64,000 nt of DNA, taken from an uncultured cyanobacterium. GTDB taxonomy: Bacteria > Cyanobacteriota > Cyanobacteriia > PCC-9006 > JAAUQQ01. The DNA lies in assembly GCA_963718615.1 (NCBI GenBank), contig OY970368.1, positions 1,792,001 through 1,856,000 of the forward strand, in the 5' to 3' direction. Position 1 is the first letter of the stretch; the number at the start of each line of letters is the position of its first letter. The notes beneath the pieces were generated by a model, which saw only the letters and a list, made by a program, of their open reading frames with translations, did not search any database and was not told the DNA's origin. The translations under genes were made by a program, and so were the position numbers. Positions 38,500 to 48,859 of the stretch are shown here, piece after piece.

Positions 38500-39470
38500 T
38501 AGACCTCTTGCACGAATAGCCGGAGAGAGGGGGCTTGGGATTGAAGAGCAAGAAAGTGACTTTGCGATCGCCATGCGCTACCTCCAACTCAAACTCCTTA
38601 AAGCTGCCGATTTTCGTCGCTACAGCGGTTTGAAGCCAGAGACGTTTGAGCGTCTTGCCAATGACTTACGCCCGCACCTGCCGAAAGTCGGTCAGCGGGG
38701 TGGGCAACCGGGCTTTACCGTAGAAGACCAGTTGCTCATCACCCTGGAGTACTGGCGAGAGTACCGCACCCAGTTCCACATCGGCGTCGCCTGGGGAACC
38801 TCAGAGGCAACGGTCTGCCGGACCATCAAACGAGTCGAGGACCAACTCGCCGCCTTGGGCTATGGGAGCTTTGCCCGGAAAACAAGCCCTTAAGCCAGGA
38901 GAGGACCTAGAAGGACGGATAGTGGCCATCGATGTGAGTGAGTCGCCAATTGAGCGGCCTTAAAAAAACAACGAGATTACTACAGCGGCAAGAAAAGTAA
39001 GCATACACTGAGCGTGCAGGTGATCATCGACTTGATAACCCTTAAGATTCTGTGCACGGTGTATGGCAAAGGAAAGCAGCAGGACTTTGGGTTGTTCAAA
39101 GACTCAGGAGTAGAGTTCGCTGAAGAAATAGACGTCATTGGGGATAAGGGCTATCAGGGCCTTCTGATTTTCTGGGACGGGGCGAGCTATCACAAATCGA
39201 AGCAGCTACGAGCCTATCTGAGTGAGGTTAATCAAGGATTGGAGCCCGAGGACTGGAAGATTCACTGTGTTCTGTTTGCGCCCAACGACCCCACTCAGAA
39301 TCCGGTTGAGGATGTCTTGCTTCAGGCGAAAACTTGGCTGAGGCGCATGTCCGGAGTCCGTCCCTGCTTCAAGGCACTCAAGGCTCTGTTTGAGCAGTTC
39401 TTCACCCTGGATACTTTTGACTTCCCCAAACTGTATATGTACGGGAAATTATCAGCCCTCTTGCATAGAT
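38500..39470 (+). mobile_element. Degenerate IS5-family (IS702-like) element fused to an IS630 fragment
   Basis: AGACCTCTTGCA end; EDQLLITLEYWREYRT and YSGKK..H in broken frames; DKGYQG followed by FWDGASYH..NPVE. Confidence 0.75.
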
Positions 39471-39587
39471 TTTTGAAGACCGAAACCCTATGGAATCTGT
39501 TGATTTCCATGACTTATGGGGGTCTTGCACGCTTTTGGTAATCTAAGGGAGATTTGTCTTCCAGTCAGTCCCTAACTCTAGAAACTC

Positions 39588-39824
39588 TTATGTATCAGAG
39601 TTAAGAATCTGCTGGAGACGTTCCCATTCATCCGTAGAGAGGTTTTCTAATCCCGAAGGACTCTTCCTCAAGAAATTCTTGATTATACCAAGATATCTAT
39701 CGTTGCCATTTCCTTCTAAAAGATCTCTGGCCCAATCAACGACCATCTTATCTAACCTTTCGCGCCGTTGAGTAAATGACTCTTCGGTCTGGGGTAAGCG
39801 CATGTCAGACATCATGCCCACCAA
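39588..39824 (-). CDS. Hypothetical protein or fragment
   Basis: Short low-GC ORF. Confidence 0.4.
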   Translation of the reverse strand: MVGMMSDMRLPQTEESFTQRRERLDKMVVDWARDLLEGNGNDRYLGIIKNFLRKSPSGLENLSTDEWERLQQILNSDT

Positions 39825-39916
39825 TTTATAGTACTTTTGTTCTTTAAGGTATTATATAGCTTTAGTCAAGTGCTTTCTGATAGGTTAAGACAACTAATTG
39901 TTGAGGTGAGATAATT

Positions 39917-40645
39917 GTGTCGCAAAACTTACCAGCTTGGTTAACAGTTGTTAGTCCTATAGTAGGGGCTGTTGGCGTCGCATTTACTTATGAGCGTTGG
40001 ATTATAGATCAACGTATGCAGCAGAAGACAGATATTATCGATGACTTAACAAGGCGTATAGCACGTCAAGAAGCGCATCATGCGAAGGAAAGAGATGCAC
40101 TCTTAGAGAAAGCGGAGAAGGCCTTTGATGCCTTGCGAGAGACCTTAAAAAGCATAAATTCGGAAGAAGTTGGTGCTGCCGATATTGTGCGTATAAAACG
40201 GGTACTATCCAACTGCGAGCGTTGGGAAAATCAGCGTGAAGCAATAGAGAACTGTAGAGTTGCTGCAAAAGAATTAGAAACCCATTACTCTAGATTTTTA
40301 ACCAAGGCTTGCGCAAATGCACTCAAGGTTTATGCAAATAGTTCAGCTGAGTTTTCAAAGCTGCGCTCATCGGCTAAGTCGAAGAAAAGTAAGAAGTTTA
40401 GGCATGATCTTGTAAATTACATTGGTTGGATATACGATTGCTTGTACATAGGGCATCCTAACAATAATCCGTTAAGTAATTATGTTAAACAGCCGACCTT
40501 TACATCGACACTTCCCTACTTAATAGCAATAGAAGAAATAAAACAAGCAGCTCAATGGAAAACGCTATCTGTTGAGCAACTTTCATACCTGAATGACATG
40601 TTTGATGAGCTAATCTCCCGAATTAATGAAGAATTTCAAGCTTGA
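39917..40645 (+). CDS. Low-GC orphan with N-terminal TM and coiled coil
   Basis: 242 aa ORF with GAGGTG RBS. Confidence 0.7.
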   Translation: MSQNLPAWLTVVSPIVGAVGVAFTYERWIIDQRMQQKTDIIDDLTRRIARQEAHHAKERDALLEKAEKAFDALRETLKSINSEEVGAADIVRIKRVLSNCERWENQREAIENCRVAAKELETHYSRFLTKACANALKVYANSSAEFSKLRSSAKSKKSKKFRHDLVNYIGWIYDCLYIGHPNNNPLSNYVKQPTFTSTLPYLIAIEEIKQAAQWKTLSVEQLSYLNDMFDELISRINEEFQA

Positions 40646-41189
40646 GTTTTATTGAGCTGATCGAGGCACTTTACAACGATAAATGTGAATAAATCGATTG
40701 AGAGACCAAAGGAGCATATCTTTCTCCTTTTGCTCTAGGCTTCCTAGTTCTCTTATATCTTTTTCCATCTCTAGCAGAATTTCGCATCGAACGTTACCAG
40801 GCCAAGTATTCCTTGCCATTTGTCAACTCGTTTGTGAATTGTCTAGAAAGACTTTCTAGACAAAAAACGGGGATCAGGAAAAAAACAAAATCATCACTAA
40901 ATATTAACCAGTAGGTAACTCTCTACATCTGTCATAAGAATGGTGGGGAATCCATATCCTTATTGATACTTCCGTCGCAAAGGGTTACAGCGGAAACACT
41001 GGGCAGTGTTTCCGCTCTGTAGAAGACACGACGGATAGCTCCAAAAGAATGAGACATAGAACATCCTATAACTATGGAATCATTGTCTTAGCCGATTCTG
41101 CCGCTGCTTCTGAGGCTTTTATACATTCATTACTGCGCCGCTCTGTTCTTCCACCGAAAATTACTCTCTTTTGTATATAGTCTAACTCA

Positions 41190-42323
41190 GTACAGGACAA
41201 AAAGCTTGAAAAATAGATGAGGGTGGGGTTTCATCAGAATTACCACAGTTCCAAGAAAACCCATGTCAAACTATAGCGAATTGAGAAAAAGTCTCCAAGC
41301 CCATCTGCCGTGGCACAAAGCGAGACTGTCATTCCTGGCATTGTTCCTGCTAGCTCTTATCAAAGTCAAAACGGTCAAGCTGAGTGAACTGGCTCTAGGG
41401 TTCGGGGGATTTGCCTTGAGTGAGTCCAACTACAAACGACTGCAAAGATTCTTTCGAGGGTTTGACATCGACTATCACGAGATTGCGCAAGTGGTGGTGA
41501 ATTGGATGCAAATCCCTCAGCCGTGGGTGTTGAGCGTAGATCGAACGACCTGGGAATTTGGTAGCCACTGCTACAACATCTTGACGGTGGGGATTGTGCA
41601 TGAGGGAGTCGCTTTTCCCGTGCTGTGGTGGATGCTCAAGAAGAAGGGGAATTCCAATAGCGATGAGCGCATGCGGCTGATAGAGGAACTGTGCCAACTC
41701 TTCCCCGATGCCAAGATTCGCTGTTTGTGTGGCGATCGTGAGTTTATTGGCCAAGGCTGGGTGCGCTATCTGCTCTTGGAGCCTGCCATGCCCTTCCGAT
41801 TGAGGATTCGTGCTTCAGATAAGATTGAACGTAATGGGGTCTCCCTTTCAGCCAAAGTCGTCTTTGCCCACTTGCAACCGGGGGAACGCCAACGCTTGCA
41901 GGGGGCTTCTCGGGTGTGGGGATTGACCGTTGCAGTGGAAGCGCTGCGCTTTGATGATGGCAAGCTTTTAGTCGTCATTGCCCCTCCCCAGGATGAGAAC
42001 CTGATTGCCGACTACGCTTTGAGGTGGGGCATTGAAACCCTCTTTGGCATTTTCAAAACTCGGGGCTTTTGCCTAGAGTCCACTCACTTCACCGAAGCAG
42101 AGCGCTTGCGGAAGCTCTTTGCCCTTCTGACCTTAGCTCTATGCTGGTCGATGAAAACCGGATTGTTTCTACATCAGATTCAACCCATTTCCATCAAAAA
42201 TCATGGTCGCAAAGCCAAGAGCATTTTTCGCTTGGGCTTTGACCATCTTCGCCGCATCCTTCTCAATCCTTCTCCCCTCTATGAAGATGACTTCCGTCAA
42301 GCACTACAACTTTTGTCCTGTAC
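41190..42323 (+). mobile_element. IS4-family insertion sequence
   Basis: Perfect 13-bp terminal inverted repeats GTACAGGACAAAA (41190-41202 / 42311-42323). Confidence 0.88.
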
Positions 42324-42327
42324 TTAG
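41263..42327 (+). CDS. IS4-family DDE transposase
   Basis: VDRTTW, GDREF, YALRWGIETLF. Confidence 0.92.
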   Translation: MSNYSELRKSLQAHLPWHKARLSFLALFLLALIKVKTVKLSELALGFGGFALSESNYKRLQRFFRGFDIDYHEIAQVVVNWMQIPQPWVLSVDRTTWEFGSHCYNILTVGIVHEGVAFPVLWWMLKKKGNSNSDERMRLIEELCQLFPDAKIRCLCGDREFIGQGWVRYLLLEPAMPFRLRIRASDKIERNGVSLSAKVVFAHLQPGERQRLQGASRVWGLTVAVEALRFDDGKLLVVIAPPQDENLIADYALRWGIETLFGIFKTRGFCLESTHFTEAERLRKLFALLTLALCWSMKTGLFLHQIQPISIKNHGRKAKSIFRLGFDHLRRILLNPSPLYEDDFRQALQLLSCT

Positions 42328-42405
42328 GTGTCCAGCAAGTATTTTGTCCTTAAACCTGCAATACCGTTTCCTTAGGGTCTCCACTCATCGATTTTAGTTT
42401 TGGAC

Positions 42406-44424
42406 TCAACTCAATGAGGCCGAGTGCGCAACGGCACTGTGACTGATCGCACTGGTACTGGAGGAGGCAGCGAGACCGGGAATCTGAAGTCCGGGTAGGG
42501 TATTCAAAGCTTCATTGCTCAGGGGGGTACCGCCATATTTGCTATACATGCGGGCCAAGGCCCCCGTAAAGGCAGCGTTGTAGTCGATCGCCGTTTCATT
42601 CCCCCGATAATCCAGCCGACTATCCTGATAGGCCCCATCCTGGGGAGCCGTGGGTCCACCCACCAAGGCCCCATACAAAATCTGTGTATTCGCCGCTGGA
42701 TGGTCTAAATCCTCAATCCGCGTCAGCCCCGAGGCCCCACGATGGTGAATCCGTTCGGGAAAAACCTCGCCAAATCCGACCATATAGCTGATGCCCTGGG
42801 GATTGTCACCCAGAATGTAATCGATTTGGCTTTCGGCAAATTGACTGTAGGCCCCGTTGGGGGTGTCCCAGCGATCGCCATAAATCCCCGCCAAAAACGC
42901 CGTATTCGCACTGTACCGCAACGAGCCCCAGCCATTGAGCCAAGCCAATCCGCCCGGCGTGTACGCCACCGCACTTCCCGGTAACCAGCCATCGAGCCAA
43001 CCTTCCACCTCTTCTCGATAAACCGTCGATTGGGTTTCCTCCGCGAGTAAAATCGCTGCCGCCTGGGATTTGTCGCCCCAGGACAAGGTCCAACCTTGGT
43101 TAATGCCGGGGTAATAATCCACGGCCTTTTGCAGATAGATCTGATCGCTAACCCCCTGGGTATCCAAAGCCCGGTGAATCCAGGCCGCTCCCCAAGCTAA
43201 TTCATCGGCATAGCCATCCCGTGAGCGGTAATAGGTATTAATTTCGGCGATGCCTTCGGATTCGCCATAGCGACCGGGATAGGTTTCGGCAAAGGCATAG
43301 AGTTGCATCGCATGGGTCAGCAGTTTGTCGGCATAGGCCGGATCCGTAGGCCGAAACACCAGCGAAGCGGCAGCCAGCGCCGCCGCTGTTTCCCCTGCAA
43401 TTTCTGATCCCGGATGTTCCGCGTCAATCCGGTAGGCCGGTCGCACCATCGTTAGGGTTTCCGCCGCGTTCCAAACGTTGTGGTCCAGCTCAACGTCGCC
43501 CACTTGCACCCAAAGCGCCTGGGTTTTTCCGTTCTCCACAACATGGGTCTTGAGCAACCAGTCCGTTCCCCAGCGGATGGCGGCGAGGGCTTCGTCCAGT
43601 TGACCCGATTGTTGATAACCGTCGTGATATTCCAAGACGCCCCAGCTAAGCAACGTCATCGCTGCTGCCGTCGGGAAGGTGAATTTGAGATGGTCTCCGG
43701 CGTCGTAGTAGCCACCGCTGAGATCGAGCCCCACGCTGGCACCATCGGCTAGGGCAGAGTCCCCGCGCCAAGCAATGCGGTTGTCGTCAGGTAGGGCACC
43801 GGAGCGCTGAGCTTCGTAGAAGAGGAAGGATTTTTGCAGGGCTTCACCGTAGTTGAGAGGGGGAGATGGGGTGGGGGGAATCGGGGGTGAGGGGGATGGG
43901 GTGGGGGGTGATGGGGTGGGATTAGGTAAGAAGGCGGGTGGGGTGGGAGGGATTGGGGAAATTTCGGGCGAAGTCGTCTCCATTTCGGGGGGAAATTGTT
44001 CAGGCGGGGCGGGCGGGGCGATCGCAACCCCAGGACTAACCCCAGAACGACTGGTTGGCTGAACAACCGATGGACCGATTACGGAACGGCTTAAAGTCTC
44101 AGTGCGGAGGGATGGGAAAGAAGCTGGATGCCCTATTGGATTTCCTAGGTTTGGCGTTGTGCCAGGGGCAGAGCCGTTCGGCGGCACTTGGTCTTCGTTC
44201 GATCGCGCCTGGGTCGGATAGTTCAATGGGTTAGCAGGAGCTGGGGACAGGGCGTTGGCTTCGGCGGTTTCTCCAGACAATTTCCCAGACAATTCCCAGG
44301 TAAAATTTAGCGTGGTGGGCGTAACCAAACTATCAGGCGTGATCGGGTCGGTTTTTTGCACATAGGGCGCTGAAAACCCGTCGTTTTTATAGAGATCGGT
44401 CGTGCTCTGAATGGACTGTCCCAC
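42406..44424 (-). CDS. GH9 endoglucanase with Pro-rich N-terminal extension
   Basis: GGYYDAGDHLKF, HHR, GALVGGP, NETAIDYNA. Confidence 0.92.
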   Translation of the reverse strand: MGQSIQSTTDLYKNDGFSAPYVQKTDPITPDSLVTPTTLNFTWELSGKLSGETAEANALSPAPANPLNYPTQARSNEDQVPPNGSAPGTTPNLGNPIGHPASFPSLRTETLSRSVIGPSVVQPTSRSGVSPGVAIAPPAPPEQFPPEMETTSPEISPIPPTPPAFLPNPTPSPPTPSPSPPIPPTPSPPLNYGEALQKSFLFYEAQRSGALPDDNRIAWRGDSALADGASVGLDLSGGYYDAGDHLKFTFPTAAAMTLLSWGVLEYHDGYQQSGQLDEALAAIRWGTDWLLKTHVVENGKTQALWVQVGDVELDHNVWNAAETLTMVRPAYRIDAEHPGSEIAGETAAALAAASLVFRPTDPAYADKLLTHAMQLYAFAETYPGRYGESEGIAEINTYYRSRDGYADELAWGAAWIHRALDTQGVSDQIYLQKAVDYYPGINQGWTLSWGDKSQAAAILLAEETQSTVYREEVEGWLDGWLPGSAVAYTPGGLAWLNGWGSLRYSANTAFLAGIYGDRWDTPNGAYSQFAESQIDYILGDNPQGISYMVGFGEVFPERIHHRGASGLTRIEDLDHPAANTQILYGALVGGPTAPQDGAYQDSRLDYRGNETAIDYNAAFTGALARMYSKYGGTPLSNEALNTLPGLQIPGLAASSSTSAISHSAVAHSASLS

Positions 44425-45041
44425 GGTATTTTTCGCTTGTCAGGGGCTGCGATCGCGCCCTGCAACCCTGACTCATCAGGAATCGCGATCGCCAAAATCG
44501 ACAAGAGAAGCTGGGCTGGAAAATAGACTTTGCCAACCAACAAAGGATTAAGAACTGAATTTTCTGGAGTTTCTCTGGAGTTTTTCTGGAAGAGAGAAGA
44601 GGGAGGATGGCTGCGATCGCATCCTCCCCTAGCCATGAGAAGCGGCTGTGAAAACAACAGAAAAGCTGCGCGTCCTCTAGACTTTCATGATGATTTAATT
44701 TATAGCAACTTGTTCCTCTACTGTCACTTGATAATCCTACGGAACTTAAAAGCTCATTTTGTGAATTTTGAGAACTTCAGGGTTTATCCGTGTTACACAA
44801 ATCACCAGATAAAATAGATTTTTGTTTTTTCGATAGCTTGTTTTTAGGAAGAAAAAGCTTCTACTTAAAAGGAAATAAAGCCTTTCATTGGTAATTCTAT
44901 AAAAAATATTCTAACTTTAAAAACGGTACGCTTTTGATCTGCTAGGACCTATTTTGGCAATCGCTTATTTTTTTAGCACTGTGTAAACTTATGCCAATTT
45001 TTCCTATAAAAAAGGGGAGGTCTCATGGCCTCCCCATAGGA

Positions 45042-47939
45042 CTAAATTCCCAAAAGATCAACTCCCACCAGGGCGTCGAGTTGGCGATCGCTCAACGGAT
45101 TTCCCCCAAACTGTTCATACATACGGGCCAAGCTGCCAGTAAAGGCCGCGTTATAGTCTAGGGAAACTTCGTTGGTCACGTAGTTGCTGCGCAAGTCCTC
45201 GTAAGCATAGTCATTGGCAGCCTGGGGACCCCCCACCAGCGCCCCGTACAAAATATGGGCATTGGGCTGATTATTGCGATAGTTGTTGTAGCTCGTCAGC
45301 CCCGATGCGCCCCGGTGGTGGGGCTGAAGCGGAGAATTGTTGCCAAAGCCAACCATGTAGCTAGAATTGCGGGGATTGTCGCCCAAAATATAGTCAATTT
45401 GGTCCTCGGCAAAGTCCGTATAGCGTCCCTGGGGATCGGTAACCGTGTCACCATAAATTCCCGCCAAAAACGCCGTATTGGCGCTGTAGCGGAGCGAACC
45501 CCATTCACTGAGCCAAGCCAAACCTCCCGCCGTCCGCTGAATTTGGCCGCCCGGTTGCCAGTTGTTGAGCCAAGTTTCTACATCCGTGCGATAGCGATCG
45601 CGGTTGGTTTCCTGGGCTAGCAAGATTGCCGCGCCATAATTTTTATCACTCCAAGACTGCGTCCAGGCGGCGGACACGCCGGTATAGGAGGCTTCGGCTT
45701 TCGCTAGGTAATTTGTTTCTTGAATTCCTTTGGCTTCTAGAGCTTCGTGGAGCCAAACCGCGCCCCAGGTGAGCTCGTCTTCGTAGCCATTCCAGGAGCG
45801 GTAGAATAGATCGGCATCGGCGATCGCATCGGAATATTTCCCCCGATAGGTATCCGCAAAGTCATAGAGCTGAATGGCATGGGTCAGGAGCTTATCAGCA
45901 TAGGCAACATCCGTGGGTCGGAAAATAATCGAAGCCGAGGCCAACGCCGCTGCCGCTTCTGCTGCCATGTCTGAGCCGGGATTTTGGCGATCGATTTTGT
46001 AGGAAGGCCGCGCCATGGTCATGGTTTCCGGCGGTCCCCAAAGGGCGTGGTCGATTTCGCCGTTGCCCACCTGAGCCCAAAATTCCTTGGTTCCTTGGGC
46101 ATCGGTCACATGGGCTTTGAGCAACCAATCGGTCCCCCAGCGAATGGCGTCGAGTGCCTCGTCCAGCTGGCCCGAGCGGCTGTATCCGTCGCGATATTCT
46201 GCCACGCCCCAGCTCAGTAGGGTCATGGCGCTGGCCATGGGGAAGGCATATTTGACCAAATCCCCCGCATCGTAGTAGCCGCCGCTGAGATCACGCCCCA
46301 CATCGCGACCGTCATTCAGAGCCGAATCTCTCCGCCAGTCGATCCGGTTGGTGTTGGGCAAATCACCCGAGCGCTGGGCTTCGTAGAACAGGAAGGATTT
46401 TTGCAGGGCTTCGCCATAGTTGAATTTGGGGGCGGGCAAATTGACGCTGAACTGTCCCAGAGTCTTCGCCGCTGCAAAGTTGCCGTTGATGTCCTTGATC
46501 TGACTGGCTAGGAGTCCAATGGTGTAGGTACCATTGTCACTGCTTTCCCAGGCTCCCCCCGGTGCCGAACTGAGCTCATAGGTGACAGTACGAGGACTGC
46601 CGTTGCCAGAAGCATTAGTGCCGATAAATTTGGCCAGTTGGGAAAAGCCGTTCGGCCCCGTCACGCGGACATCCCCGGTCCCGAAGCTAGAGGCATCAAC
46701 CCCAGTACTGTCGCTGTAGGTGACCGTAAATTGATAGGGACTGGTAGGGGTAGTGGTGAGATTGGCTGCGGTCAGCGTAGAACTGGGTGGGGTTGTATCT
46801 ACGGGTGGGGGGACCGGAATATTGACGGTGAAACTCCCCAGCACTTTGCCAACGGCGGCATTGCCACTCTCGTCTTTGACTTGGTTGGAGACTAAGGCCA
46901 GGTTGTAGGTGCCATTATCCCCATGCTCCCAATTGCCACCGGGGGCTGCGAATTGATACGTCGCGGTGCGGGGGCTGCCGTTGCTGGAGCTATTGATGCT
47001 GACGAAGGTGGCCAGTTGGGAAAAGCCATTGGGACCCGTGACGCGGATGTCGTTGTTGTCGAGACTGGTGAGGGCGATCGCCTGATCGTCCCCATAGGTC
47101 ACCGTAAATTGATAGGGCTGACTGCCAGCGGCACTCAGATTGGCCACAGTCCCCAGGGTTGCAGTGGGGGGCGTCGTATCGGGTGGGGGCAGGGCGGGGA
47201 GATTGACGCTAAATTGGCCCAGGGTTTTTGCCGTGGCGGCATTCCCGCTCACATCCTTGACCTGATTCGCCAGCAGCGCAATGCTGTAAGTCCCATTGTC
47301 CGTGGAATCCCACCCACCACCGGGAGCGGAGCTTAGCTCATAGGTGGCCGTGCGCTTGCTACCATTACCAGCGGTATCGGTCCCTATAAACTTAGCCAGT
47401 TGGGAAAATCCGTTAGGCCCTGTTACTTGCACATCACCTGTTCCCAGGGTCGTCACATCCAGACTGTCGTTGTCGCTGTAGGTAACCGTAAAGCGATAGG
47501 GTGAGGTTGGAACCCCATTGAGATTGGCCGCCACTGCTAAACTGGCCGTGGGTCGCGTTGTATCCGGTGTGGGCAGTGGCCCTAGGGGTTCGCCATTGAG
47601 CACATAGCCATAGGGCTCGGCCCCCTGTTGTAGCGGAGAATAAACATTAAAATTAATCGCTCTCGATCCATTGGCGGGTACAGTGCGCGTCCACCAAACA
47701 TCCTTAATAACGTACTGATAGGCTGGCCCTGCGGGCGTGTTAATCGCAGTTTCCGAGACAACTTGTGCGCCCCAAAACAGCCCAATTTTGAAGGGGGAAA
47801 TAAATTCTAGTTCCCAGCCATTTAAGGGTTGAGGTTTTGCATTTTCAAAGGTAAGAACACCCGTAAAGGCCCAACCCCAGTTGTAGGCGATCGCAAAATC
47901 CACCAGAGGCGTCGATGCCGCAGTCGTAGTACTACTCAT
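45042..47939 (-). CDS. CBM2-like + three Ig-like repeats + GH9 endoglucanase
   Basis: Trp-rich N-domain; three DTT(R/P)P..FTVTY..VTGPNGFSQLA repeats; GGYYDAGD, NEVSLDYNA. Confidence 0.92.
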   Translation of the reverse strand: MSSTTTAASTPLVDFAIAYNWGWAFTGVLTFENAKPQPLNGWELEFISPFKIGLFWGAQVVSETAINTPAGPAYQYVIKDVWWTRTVPANGSRAINFNVYSPLQQGAEPYGYVLNGEPLGPLPTPDTTRPTASLAVAANLNGVPTSPYRFTVTYSDNDSLDVTTLGTGDVQVTGPNGFSQLAKFIGTDTAGNGSKRTATYELSSAPGGGWDSTDNGTYSIALLANQVKDVSGNAATAKTLGQFSVNLPALPPPDTTPPTATLGTVANLSAAGSQPYQFTVTYGDDQAIALTSLDNNDIRVTGPNGFSQLATFVSINSSSNGSPRTATYQFAAPGGNWEHGDNGTYNLALVSNQVKDESGNAAVGKVLGSFTVNIPVPPPVDTTPPSSTLTAANLTTTPTSPYQFTVTYSDSTGVDASSFGTGDVRVTGPNGFSQLAKFIGTNASGNGSPRTVTYELSSAPGGAWESSDNGTYTIGLLASQIKDINGNFAAAKTLGQFSVNLPAPKFNYGEALQKSFLFYEAQRSGDLPNTNRIDWRRDSALNDGRDVGRDLSGGYYDAGDLVKYAFPMASAMTLLSWGVAEYRDGYSRSGQLDEALDAIRWGTDWLLKAHVTDAQGTKEFWAQVGNGEIDHALWGPPETMTMARPSYKIDRQNPGSDMAAEAAAALASASIIFRPTDVAYADKLLTHAIQLYDFADTYRGKYSDAIADADLFYRSWNGYEDELTWGAVWLHEALEAKGIQETNYLAKAEASYTGVSAAWTQSWSDKNYGAAILLAQETNRDRYRTDVETWLNNWQPGGQIQRTAGGLAWLSEWGSLRYSANTAFLAGIYGDTVTDPQGRYTDFAEDQIDYILGDNPRNSSYMVGFGNNSPLQPHHRGASGLTSYNNYRNNQPNAHILYGALVGGPQAANDYAYEDLRSNYVTNEVSLDYNAAFTGSLARMYEQFGGNPLSDRQLDALVGVDLLGI

Positions 47940-48859
47940 TCAAGTTTTGTGTCAAGTCATAATGCCGACCCCAAGCCATCGAAGCAATTCCAGAGGAAAC
48001 TGACTTCGCAATGACCTGAGTCTCGACTGTCTATAAATAAAAGAAAGAAAATCCTGAGTGGCGGTTGACTTCAAAGAACTTTGAAGCAGGACAACTCAGT
48101 GCAAACCCAGAACTGGCAGAATGCACGAAATACAGGAATAGGAAGACGACACCTCGGCAGGGGGCAATCCAAAGCCATCAATGCGATGTCCTGACTCAGT
48201 CACCCGACTCTGATCGAACTTGCAAATATCAAACCTGCAAATAGAACTTGATGAAGCTGCTGCTAAAAATCACTGATGCGGCAATAATCAGTCTGAACTA
48301 TTGCTAACTCAGTAAATAGACTCAGGAGAAATGTAAAAAATTTCCTGACAGCTTCATCCTAGCGAAACCCTATGGGGGCCTGTCACTGGCATCAATACGG
48401 AAACAGCAGAGATTCTTTACTTACAAGATACACGGAGAGAACGATCTATACTTTACGCATTTTGGCTAAACTAACAGAGTTGCGTAAAAAGCGCAAAAAG
48501 TTGTTGGCTAGGAAGAGGGAATATACGGGTTTTTTTGATTGCTCTATAAAAACTGCTTCATCTTCAGTTAAAAATTTAGCCCCAAACCTCCGGGCTTGAG
48601 GGGAACCAAAACAATTCTCTCATAAGTAAAAAATCCTCAGTGAAAAAACTGATCTGTGGATTGATTTAGATGGGTTCCCTAAGGCCAACGGGAGCGTTAC
48701 AACGTGCTCTTGAGATGGGAATTGGGTAAATTGAGACTAGAGGAACCTTCGATTCCCTCTCCTGCTGCCTAGCGATATTCCCGAATCCTTGGGAGACCGA
48801 TAGAGCGGTGGGGACCTGTGCAAGGGTCTATTTATCGTGAATCTAGTTGGGTCAGCAAT

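Noticed and set aside
46440-47570. Three ~380-bp repeats as diversity-generating retroelement template/variable repeats
   Set aside because: They are in-frame Ig-like domain repeats; no reverse transcriptase in the window and no adenine-specific pattern noticed
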